Origin: Parachlamydiales bacterium
GTDB lineage: Bacteria > Chlamydiota > Chlamydiia > Chlamydiales > SM23-39
Length of the DNA stretch: 64,000 bases
Assembly: GCA_015661075.1 (NCBI GenBank)
Contig: JACVQJ010000007.1
Coordinates: 72,783 to 136,782 of the forward strand
Direction: 5' to 3'
The notes under the pieces are model-generated. The model saw only the letters and a program-made list of their open reading frames with translations. It was not told where the DNA came from and made no database searches. This document shows positions 52,945-61,153 of the stretch, piece by piece (position 1 is the stretch's first letter; the number at the start of each line of letters is the position of its first letter). The translations under genes and the position numbers were made by a program.

Positions 52945-53753
52945 GCCATTTTCTTGGCCTCAGTCGACCAACTGACATAGCCATCGCCAAAACATTGGCT
53001 GCCAAACAAGTTTTTCGATCCGCCGCCCTGAAAAAACCGTTTGGGAGCCACAAAAATACCGCGACTGTTGAGCTTTGCGCGATATGCCTTGTTTTTCACG
53101 TACTCTTTACCCATTTTACGGGCTTTGCGACTCGTTGATTCATTTAAATAACTTTTAATGGCGAAAGAAAAAATCCCGGGACCGGTGGAATCCAGCACGT
53201 TGATCGAGCCGTCGCTATTGCGCGGAAAGCCGCCTCTTTTCTTCCAAGCATCCAATATATAGCGGCACACATACTCCATCGCAGGGTGATGGGGGGTTGC
53301 AACGAGAGTCCACTGGCAAAACTTGCTTTGATCCTCATCCAGATCGATGATCAGCACGTGGGAGTGAGTTGTACGAAAATCGGGCAGCCAGTTTTGAATC
53401 GGCTGGATGCAAATGGAATCCACGTCGGAATATACGCCGCCGTTCGTAGTCAAAATCAGATAACGCCATAAATCGGCCTTCATAGCGCCAATGGGAAGTG
53501 CGTGATAAAACTCGAGATATTCTGCCGGCCACTCTTTTCGAATATATTCCTCAATATCCGCGTCATCGGTGAAAAAATAGGAAAAATCCGAATTAAGGCT
53601 CAGCCACGTCTGCTGCGCGTCAAAAGCAGGTTTGGGTAGCGTCTTCGTCCTGTACGTCTGCCAAATGTTTCGGGGAATCAAAGAAATAATTGACGGATCG
53701 GCCCAACCAAGGCAGCAGCAAAAAAGGGCAGCGATCAGGTATCGAATCATCAT
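52902..53753 (-). CDS. GT32-like glycosyltransferase (Och1/DXD sugar-binding region)
   Basis: IPRNIWQTY...FFTDDADIEEYI...MKADLWRYLILTTNGGVYSDVDSIC matches the Gly_transf_sug/GT32 motif, including DXD. An N-terminal hydrophobic anchor is present. Its 3' end overlaps the GH1 gene by 43 nt. Confidence 0.75.
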   Translation of the reverse strand: MMIRYLIAALFCCCLGWADPSIISLIPRNIWQTYRTKTLPKPAFDAQQTWLSLNSDFSYFFTDDADIEEYIRKEWPAEYLEFYHALPIGAMKADLWRYLILTTNGGVYSDVDSICIQPIQNWLPDFRTTHSHVLIIDLDEDQSKFCQWTLVATPHHPAMEYVCRYILDAWKKRGGFPRNSDGSINVLDSTGPGIFSFAIKSYLNESTSRKARKMGKEYVKNKAYRAKLNSRGIFVAPKRFFQGGGSKNLFGSQCFGDGYVSWSTEAKKMAQAVKLQEDASSGR

Positions 53754-53885
53754 TTTTCCTAGATAACATAGTGAAGAAAAACCCTAAAATCTTCCATTAA
53801 AAGTTTTTCAGCCGATTATAGTTCCATAATACCTTGTGCCAAAACACTCGATCTTGTTAGTCTATAAGCCCAACAAAAGAGAAGG

Positions 53886-54326
53886 TTGTTTATGAAACTT
53901 GAAAATCTGAAGAAACCTTTTACTGATTTCTTTACTGATGTCGCAGACGCCTGTAACAAGAAAGGCGATCTTGTAGAACAAAATAAGCGAATCCACTCCA
54001 TCGCTCTGCGTATTGTAGGAGTTCTTGCCGCTCTCATAGTGATGCCTCTTGTCTTTTCAGCGGGCGCTTCGCTCATTTCCGGCTGTGCCGCAGCCTTTAC
54101 CATTACCATTATCGGAGCGGCTATCCTTGGCATTTTAGCCCATGACTCATTCCAAACCTCTCACAACATTTTTCCCCACAACGAGGGTTTAGAAGCCGCT
54201 ACCGAATCTATCGAAAAGTTGTTTACTTCTGATAAAAATAAAGATCCATTCAAAAAAACAATCCTCTTCAAGCTGGTATGTTCAATCTTATCACACTTGA
54301 TTTGGACAGAAAGGAAAAGCGAATGA
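53886..54326 (+). CDS. small Inc-like membrane protein (bilobed hydrophobic domain)
   Basis: IALRIVGVLAALIVMPLVFSAG-ASLISG-CAAAFTITIIGAAILGILAH forms two TM helices joined by a short loop, preceded by about 37 polar residues. This is the classical Inc topology. Confidence 0.55.
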   Translation: MFMKLENLKKPFTDFFTDVADACNKKGDLVEQNKRIHSIALRIVGVLAALIVMPLVFSAGASLISGCAAAFTITIIGAAILGILAHDSFQTSHNIFPHNEGLEAATESIEKLFTSDKNKDPFKKTILFKLVCSILSHLIWTERKSE

Positions 54327-54523
54327 CAACAAATATTGGTTCCATTTGTTCAGTGCCGAATTGCGGTACGACTGAAAGTGGCGGATATTGTGCATGCGGC
54401 CATTTTTTTTGTGAGCTTCATTGGAACGATCATGATTGCAGCGTAACATCGCTCCCTAGTGTACCCGCAAACCTGTTAACAACGGCAGCAAACATAGTCG
54501 CTTACTCACACCTTCGGGGGTGA
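54323..54523 (+). CDS. small Cys/His-rich protein with AN1-like zinc finger
   Basis: CSVPNCGTTESGGYCACGHFFCELHWNDHDC reads as C-x4-C-x8-C-x-C-x4-C-x2-H-x3-H-x-C, close to the AN1 pattern C-x2-C-x9-12-C-x1-2-C-x4-C-x2-H-x5-H-x-C. Its ATG overlaps the upstream stop (ATGA at 54323-54326). Confidence 0.5.
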   Translation: MTTNIGSICSVPNCGTTESGGYCACGHFFCELHWNDHDCSVTSLPSVPANLLTTAANIVAYSHLRG

Positions 54524-54565
54524 GTCTATGTACGGGAACCGACGCGCGACTATTAAAGGATCGTT

Positions 54566-54610
54566 TATACACAAACAATCTGAAAAATCGGGAATTGGGC
54601 AAGGAGTCGC
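54566..54610. repeat. solo half-copy of the 27023-27196 element
   Basis: tatacacaaacaatctgaaaaatcgggaattgggcaaggagtcgc is 44/45 identical to the reverse complement of 27152-27196. Confidence 0.85.
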
Positions 54611-54783
54611 AGCGTTAAAATTTTGCGAAAAAATTAACCCAAGTTCAACGATTGAGGGTCGAAATATTTAACGCATCTCGTTGGTTATTTTCAAGTTGTA
54701 GTGTCGAAGACAGGCTTGAATACGCCGGATTCTGGCTTTGCCTCGCCTCCCTCTGGAAACGGAACTTGTGGGTAACGATCAGG

Positions 54784-55038
54784 TTAAGACCCTTCAAGAA
54801 AATCGAGAACAAAATCGCAGCCGCGCTGGGTCAGATGAACAGTAGAATCGTCGATTTTCTTCACGAAATTCGCCTGCGCGAGGAGTTTGACGATGTTCTT
54901 AACAGCGATTTCCTTTTGACCCAGCGACGCGGCCGCGCCGCGCAGATCGATATGTGAAAACGGATCGCCGCTTTCCATGGCCACCTGGTAGAGCTTGATC
55001 AAGAGACGCTCATCCGGTGTTTGACTTCGCTGGTTCAT
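54784..55038 (-). CDS. hypothetical small protein (possible winged-helix)
   Basis: 84 aa from MNQRSQTPDERLL, immediately downstream of cysS. No firm motif. Confidence 0.45.
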   Translation of the reverse strand: MNQRSQTPDERLLIKLYQVAMESGDPFSHIDLRGAAASLGQKEIAVKNIVKLLAQANFVKKIDDSTVHLTQRGCDFVLDFLEGS

Positions 55039-55046
55039 ATTTTTTC

Positions 55047-56474
55047 CTATTTTTTCTTTAACCGCACGCCGGTGGGCGTGTCTTCGAGACAATAGCCCCG
55101 CGCATCAATTTCGCGGCGCAGTTGGTCGCTGAGCGCGTAGTTTTTCTCCTTGCGGGCCTGCTCGCGCTGCCTCAGCAAAGCCGTAAGATCTTCCGGGATC
55201 TGCTCTTCCGGCTGAAAAGGCAATACTGCCAGCACTTTGTTCCATTTCTCCAACAGGGCCAAAGCCTCGCTGGCATCCTTTTTGCTGAGAACATTCGCAT
55301 CCGAGAGCGTATTGAGTTCGCGCACCAGATCAAAAAGAACCGCGAGAGCCGCAGAGATATTGAGATCCGCTGCTAGTGCACTCTTAAAATCCGTATCCGC
55401 CTTTAATAAAAGCCCTGACACAGATTCCTCCGATCTATTCGATTGAATGCTCTTGAGCCGCAAAATCAGATCTTCTAAACGCCCGAGAGAGGCTTTCGCC
55501 GCATCGAGTCCTTGCAAACTGAAGTTGAGCTGGGAGCGGTAGTGAGTCGACAGGAGAAGGTAGCGCACCTGCGGGCCGCTATAGCCGCGCTTCAACAGAT
55601 CGCGCAGGGTATAAAAATTGTTCAGGCTCTTGGACATTTTTTTGTGGTCCACAATCAAATGCTCGACATGGACCCAATGGCGCACGAAGCGCTGGCCGGA
55701 AAAACTTTCAGACTGGGCGATTTCATTTTCATGGTGCGGAAACATGTTATCCACGCCGCCGCAATGGATATCGATCGTCTCGCCAAGCAGTTTCATCGCC
55801 ATGGCCGAGCATTCGATATGCCAGCCAGGCCGGCCCTTGCCAAAGGGACTGTCCCAACAAATCAATCCATCTCGCGCCGGATCAAAAACCTTCCACAAGA
55901 CAAAATCGGAGATGTTTTCCTTGTCGTATTCGTCCGCATCATTGTCTCCGGATGCGTTGGGCAAAAGATCTTCCTGGCGCAAATGAGACAATCGCCCGTA
56001 TGTAGGAAAACTCTTGATCTTAAAATAGATGCTTCCATTTGGGCTCACGTAGGCGCACCCCTTTTCGATGAGCCGCTCAATCACGCGGATCATCTCGGGA
56101 ATATAGTCGGTCGCCGCCGGATAATACTCGGCCTTTTCGATCGACAGCGTTTGCAGATCCTCGAAAAACGCCTGGCGGAAGGGTTCGGTAAATTCCAATA
56201 AGGAGCCTTTTTTGGCGATCGCGCCGCGGATCGTCTTATCGTCGACATCGGTGATGTTCATGGCTTGAACGACTTTGTAGCCGAAAAACTCAAGCGTGCG
56301 GCGCAGCAAATCTTCAAAGACATAGGTGCGGAAGTTGCCGATGTGCGCAAAATCATAGATCGTAGGGCCGCAGGTGTACATGCGGATCAGATGATCGCGT
56401 GCAACAATGCTCTCGATCTCGCGCGATTCGGTATTAAAAAGCATCAAACGGGTTGTAGAGTCTTTTTCCATCAT
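55047..56474 (-). CDS. cysS: cysteinyl-tRNA synthetase
   Basis: YTCGPTIYDFAHIGNFR (HIGH-type), WHIECS (zinc/cysteine-binding region) and KMSKSLNN. Confidence 0.92.
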   Translation of the reverse strand: MMEKDSTTRLMLFNTESREIESIVARDHLIRMYTCGPTIYDFAHIGNFRTYVFEDLLRRTLEFFGYKVVQAMNITDVDDKTIRGAIAKKGSLLEFTEPFRQAFFEDLQTLSIEKAEYYPAATDYIPEMIRVIERLIEKGCAYVSPNGSIYFKIKSFPTYGRLSHLRQEDLLPNASGDNDADEYDKENISDFVLWKVFDPARDGLICWDSPFGKGRPGWHIECSAMAMKLLGETIDIHCGGVDNMFPHHENEIAQSESFSGQRFVRHWVHVEHLIVDHKKMSKSLNNFYTLRDLLKRGYSGPQVRYLLLSTHYRSQLNFSLQGLDAAKASLGRLEDLILRLKSIQSNRSEESVSGLLLKADTDFKSALAADLNISAALAVLFDLVRELNTLSDANVLSKKDASEALALLEKWNKVLAVLPFQPEEQIPEDLTALLRQREQARKEKNYALSDQLRREIDARGYCLEDTPTGVRLKKK

Positions 56475-59179
56475 CAGGCAATCAGCGTTTGTAAGCTGCG
56501 GTAATCGGTTTTTCCAATTCCCAACAGCGGGATTTCCAATACATTGCGAACCGATGCGATCTTGATCAAACGGCTAAAGCCGTTCATGCGCAATATTTCA
56601 TTGACTTCATCGACAGGAATCGAGAGCGTCGAAAAAAGAATCAGCTGCGGCTTGCCGCTTTCGCGCTCATCGGCGCATAGTGCGATGGAGGGCACATCAG
56701 ATGAGATGCGCTGCTGGCGCAGCAGTTCCGCGTAGACGGCTTCTTCGATTGCGCCCAGGCTGATCATCTCTCCGCCGATTTTGACAAAGCGCTTCAATCG
56801 TCCCGATATGATCAGATAGCCATCTTCATCGAGATGTCCGATGTCTCCCGTTCGATACCATGACTGGCCGCGAATCTCGATGAATGCAGAGCGGGGATGG
56901 CCCAGATAGCCGCTGAAGACGTTCGGACCCCGTACGCAGATCTCTCCTTCCGTCGTCGATGGAAGCTCGACATGCGTCATGGGATGGATAATGGCCACCT
57001 CGACGTTGGCCAGCGGATGACCGACGCCCCTCGGCGGGAGATTCAGACGGGTCAGGCTGAGCACCGGAGAGCATTCGGTGATGCCGTAGCCCTCGATAAT
57101 CCTGGCTTTCGTGCCCAGCTTGGCAACGCGATCGTAGAGTTCGGGCGGTGTTTTTTCCGCACCGGTGACGAAATAGCGCACGCTGGAAAGCTGTTCGTTT
57201 TTTGCGGCCTGGAACAGTCCCTTCAAAAAGCTCGGCGCGCTGCAAAAAATCGTCACTTTCCACCGATCGATACCGGCAGCCAGGGCAAAACTATCCGTCG
57301 GATCCGGATAAAATGCGACCTTGATTCCGGCAAGAATCGGGAAAAGGCCGCAAATGGAAAATCCGAATGAATGGAACGGGGGCAATACCGCATAGAGAAT
57401 ATCTTTATTGTTCAGATCAATGCACTGCATGGCGGCGCGCAGATTCGAAAGGATATTATCGTGCGATAGAGGCACGCCCTTCGGAATCGCTTCGGTGCCG
57501 CTCGTAAAGAGAATGACCGCGCTTTTGTTTTTATCCAACCGATGCAGACCAGTCGATCGCAAAATCCCCTTCGCGCTCATTTTCGAGCGCAGGGCGCCGC
57601 GCAGTTTCATGCCCAAAGTCAGATTGGACCGAATATCTTCCAACAGCTGGATGGAATCAATCATACCGCCGAAATCGACATGGGAAACCCTTTCCAGAAA
57701 TCGCCATGAAGTGATCACAGTGCCGACGCCGGAGAGTTTGGCCATTCCGTCCAAATTGCGCGATCCGAGGGTCCAGTTGAGCATGACCGGCGTTTTGCCA
57801 GCGAGCTGGATAGCGAATGTCACCAAAAATGCGGCCGCGGACGCCGGCAGCATCACTCCGATGTATTCATAGGGCAGACGGCGGAAATTTTCCGCCAACA
57901 CCAGGGCGGTCAGCTTCATTTTGCGGTAGCTCAAAACCCCGACCAGATCATCTCCGCAGACGGGATAATCGCCCATGATATCGCAGGCTTTCAGGAAAGA
58001 TTCAGGGATCGTGCTGCCCATGAGTAAAAACGGGGATGGCCGGTTGTCTTCGATGGGCCAGGTGGGTAATTTCTGCGTTTGGACCGGTTTATCAACCGTC
58101 CGGGCTCCCTGAGCTGACTCCAGGACGCTTTGCACTGTATCGACATCTTCGGGATGCAATTCATCGACATCGTAATTCTGACCGACAAAGCTGATCAATT
58201 CCGCGATTTGGAGCGAATCCATCCCTAAATCGATCGCGAGCGACATGTCGGGACGTATTTCCATCCCCGGTTTTTCTAAAATTTTGCAGATCTCGGGGTA
58301 AATTTTCGAACTGATCTTCGAAGAAATCTTGATCACCGATCCATTATTCCCCTTCTCTTTCGTTGGGACCACAGGGGGAAAATCCCGATGCCAGCAGCTA
58401 TACGAGACGAGTTTGAGCGGCTCGTTTTCTACAACCCGGCCCTTCTCATCGAGATAACGATTATACCACTGCTCGAGATAGCGGTTGAGCGCAAGGCGTT
58501 CGGCCAAGCGCGGAAAATGAGAAGGCTGGGCTTCGATTTCGATGAGCACTTTTCGGCGAGGCAAGAATAATATCAGACTTTTCAAACACTTATTGATCCC
58601 ATGAAGGATGCAGTTTTTCAAATCGGGAGTTTTCCCCGTCAAAGCACGAGAGAAGCTGCTTCCCCAAAGCCCCGTGGTGCGGATGAGAACGATATTGACA
58701 TCGGGATATTCCTGGATGACGTCATGCACCGCAGACGATCCGCCCAAAATCTCCCGGGCGCTGTGTTTGAGGCGCCCAGACGGATAGAGAAGAAAATTTT
58801 CTTTTCTTCTGAGCCCCTCGGCAATTTGCTTGAGCGCCAGCTCCGCCTTACGGACTTTGATCTGATTGACGGATGTATCGAAATTGGGGATCGGCAGCGC
58901 CTTCATGATCTTCATTAAAAAGAGCAGCCAGGGAATGCGATAGATATACTCGACGACAATGGGCTGCATCTGAAAGCGCGGCCACAAATAGGTCACTACC
59001 ATCAGCGGATCCATGTGGGCCGAATGGTTCGGTAAAAACAAAATACCCCGATCGTCCTTGAGGCGATCGGAATTGCAAGTATCCAGCCCGCGCACTTCGA
59101 TCCGATAGCGGAGCGATAGAATGAGCCGCAAGATCCAACAAATGAAGGTCCAGAATATTCGTTTCATAATAGCATACAT
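56474..59179 (-). CDS. aas: bifunctional 2-acylglycerophosphoethanolamine acyltransferase / acyl-ACP synthetase (Aas-like; acyltransferase-ACP-adenylation)
   Basis: LPNHSAHMDPL (the HX4D acyltransferase motif), DLGMDSLQIAEL (phosphopantetheine site) and LFTSGTEAIPKGV plus GYGITE (AMP-binding). 901 aa. Confidence 0.85.
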   Translation of the reverse strand: MYAIMKRIFWTFICWILRLILSLRYRIEVRGLDTCNSDRLKDDRGILFLPNHSAHMDPLMVVTYLWPRFQMQPIVVEYIYRIPWLLFLMKIMKALPIPNFDTSVNQIKVRKAELALKQIAEGLRRKENFLLYPSGRLKHSAREILGGSSAVHDVIQEYPDVNIVLIRTTGLWGSSFSRALTGKTPDLKNCILHGINKCLKSLILFLPRRKVLIEIEAQPSHFPRLAERLALNRYLEQWYNRYLDEKGRVVENEPLKLVSYSCWHRDFPPVVPTKEKGNNGSVIKISSKISSKIYPEICKILEKPGMEIRPDMSLAIDLGMDSLQIAELISFVGQNYDVDELHPEDVDTVQSVLESAQGARTVDKPVQTQKLPTWPIEDNRPSPFLLMGSTIPESFLKACDIMGDYPVCGDDLVGVLSYRKMKLTALVLAENFRRLPYEYIGVMLPASAAAFLVTFAIQLAGKTPVMLNWTLGSRNLDGMAKLSGVGTVITSWRFLERVSHVDFGGMIDSIQLLEDIRSNLTLGMKLRGALRSKMSAKGILRSTGLHRLDKNKSAVILFTSGTEAIPKGVPLSHDNILSNLRAAMQCIDLNNKDILYAVLPPFHSFGFSICGLFPILAGIKVAFYPDPTDSFALAAGIDRWKVTIFCSAPSFLKGLFQAAKNEQLSSVRYFVTGAEKTPPELYDRVAKLGTKARIIEGYGITECSPVLSLTRLNLPPRGVGHPLANVEVAIIHPMTHVELPSTTEGEICVRGPNVFSGYLGHPRSAFIEIRGQSWYRTGDIGHLDEDGYLIISGRLKRFVKIGGEMISLGAIEEAVYAELLRQQRISSDVPSIALCADERESGKPQLILFSTLSIPVDEVNEILRMNGFSRLIKIASVRNVLEIPLLGIGKTDYRSLQTLIA

Positions 59180-59280
59180 TTTTAACCTGTCAGCGGGTTT
59201 TGAGCCAGTTTTTTACGGACACTGGACAACTATTCGCTCAAACCTCTATAAAGTAAAATTTAACTTTATAGGAGGTTCGA

Positions 59281-59607
59281 ATGAGTGAAAATAAAATACC
59301 CCCTTTTCGTTACCCTTCACGGGATTCTTCCCCGATTCCGGACAAAAGTATCAAGCGTGAATTGATAGAGGATAGCGAAATAATCAAAGCTTTAAGCAAA
59401 AAAATCCCTAAATCAATGAGAGATGCAAAGGGAGTCGTTGAGGATCGCCATTTGAGTCCTACAGTTTCTTTCAATGGTCAATCGAGAACTTTCTCTAAAA
59501 AACACCCACCCACAGCTACCAATAATGTCGCCCAACCAATATTCAAAAATAACACCAAGTCTTTGCAAGGAATTCGCGGATCTCATACTCATAACCATGG
59601 TGGATAA
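59281..59607 (+). CDS. hypothetical protein (low GC, disordered-looking)
   Basis: 108 aa with a perfect AGGAGG Shine-Dalgarno sequence 6 nt upstream and a terminator after it. It is polar, lacks TM segments, and ends in HTHNHGG. Confidence 0.55.
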   Translation: MSENKIPPFRYPSRDSSPIPDKSIKRELIEDSEIIKALSKKIPKSMRDAKGVVEDRHLSPTVSFNGQSRTFSKKHPPTATNNVAQPIFKNNTKSLQGIRGSHTHNHGG

Positions 59608-59632
59608 TTCTATTATTTTTGCCCGAACCATC

Positions 59633-59660
59633 AAGACGGCTGTTTGGCCGTCTTTTTTAA
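59633..59660 (+). terminator. rho-independent terminator
   Basis: aagacggc-tgtttg-gccgtctt followed by ttttaatttt. Confidence 0.75.
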
Positions 59661-59801
59661 TTTTACTCGCAAAAAACAAAATTAACACATCAGCCTCTGT
59701 ATAAGAGGCTTGCAATTTTTAATACACTTTTTGGTACGAATAAGCGTGAAATATCACGCTTTTTAGAACGAATAAATGTAAAATCCTGATAAATTTAGAG
59801 T

Positions 59802-61121
59802 ATGAAACGAAAAGCAATGAAAGCCCTCCTCGCCTGGAAAAACCAGCATAAGAGGAAACCCTTGCTCCTCATGGGGGCACGACAGGTAGGCAAAACATTC
59901 CTGTTAAAGAAATTCGGTGCGCAAGAATATATAGGCACTGTTTATCTAAACTTTGAGGACAATCCCCGTCTCTGCCAATTATTCGACGCAAGCCTGGATC
60001 CCAAAACGATTCTGAAAGCGTTGACCATCGAAATGAATACCGAAATCATCGCTGGAAAGACGCTATTGATTTTTGATGAAATTCAAGAATGTCCAAATGC
60101 ACTCAACAGCCTCAAATACTTTTGTGAAAACGCTCCCGAACAACACATTGTGGCCGCCGGATCGCTGCTTGGAGTCAAACTAGCGCATATCAAAGGGTTT
60201 CCTGTTGGCAAAGTCCATTTTATTACGCTCTACCCCTTGAGTTTTTTAGAGTTTCTTGAGGCCCTGAAAGAAATCCGATTAAAAGATTTTCTCGAAGAAC
60301 AAAGAAATATAGAACCCCTCCCGCCTAATTTGCATGAAAAATTATTGACCCATTTTAAAGAATACCTATTCGTCGGAGGAATGCCGGAATCTGTTTCTGA
60401 ATATATCGACAACCAAAGTGTATCTAAAGTACGAGAAATCCAAACCGCTATTCTTAACGCCTACAGCCTCGATTTTGCTAAACACGCTCCGAAAGAGCAC
60501 ATTATGAAGATCAATCAAGTATGGGGCTCGATTCCCAGTCAACTTTCTAAAGAAAACAAAAAGTTCATCTATTCTGCTGTACGCGAAGGCGGCAGAGCCA
60601 AAGAATTTGAAGTGGCTCTACAATGGCTCGTTGAAGCCGGGCTGATCTATAAAGTGCCTCTCATCAGCACACCAAAAATTCCTTTATCTGCCTATGCAGA
60701 CCTGAACGCTTTTAAAATTTATCTCGTCGACGTGGGGCTTCTCGGGGCGATGTCGCAACTTTCCGCAAAAACGATTCTTCATGAAAATGAGCTTTTTCAA
60801 GAATTTCGAGGCGCTATTGCGGAAAATTATGTCGCACAAGAACTGATTCATAGTCAATATGCCTTATTCTATTGGACGAGCGAAGGAAAAGCAGAACTCG
60901 ATTTTATCATCGAACAAGATGACTCCATTTATCCACTCGAGGTTAAATCGGGAAATTCTTCCAAGAAAAAAAGCCTCAGAGTCTACGGAGATATATATAA
61001 TCCACAAATTCTCATTCGAAGTTCTCCCATGAATTTAAGAAAAGACGGGAATATTCTCAATTGCCCCCTCTATCTCATCGAAAAGCTCCGCTCTTTAATC
61101 GCAAGAGATGGACAACCTTGA
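59802..61121 (+). CDS. AAA+ ATPase of the AAA_14/DUF4143 type
   Basis: LLMGARQVGKTFLLK (Walker A) and LLIFDEIQECPNALNSLKYF (Walker B region). The C-terminal half is consistent with a DUF4143/PD-(D/E)XK-like tail (ELDFIIEQDDSIYPLEVK). Confidence 0.75.
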   Translation: MKRKAMKALLAWKNQHKRKPLLLMGARQVGKTFLLKKFGAQEYIGTVYLNFEDNPRLCQLFDASLDPKTILKALTIEMNTEIIAGKTLLIFDEIQECPNALNSLKYFCENAPEQHIVAAGSLLGVKLAHIKGFPVGKVHFITLYPLSFLEFLEALKEIRLKDFLEEQRNIEPLPPNLHEKLLTHFKEYLFVGGMPESVSEYIDNQSVSKVREIQTAILNAYSLDFAKHAPKEHIMKINQVWGSIPSQLSKENKKFIYSAVREGGRAKEFEVALQWLVEAGLIYKVPLISTPKIPLSAYADLNAFKIYLVDVGLLGAMSQLSAKTILHENELFQEFRGAIAENYVAQELIHSQYALFYWTSEGKAELDFIIEQDDSIYPLEVKSGNSSKKKSLRVYGDIYNPQILIRSSPMNLRKDGNILNCPLYLIEKLRSLIARDGQP

Positions 61122-61153
61122 CCTTCTCCCCCTCTCAGCCCCTCCAGCCCCTG

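Noticed and set aside
55512-56201. 229-aa ORF antisense to cysS
   Set aside because: It overlaps a well-supported aminoacyl-tRNA synthetase gene and shows no recognisable features.
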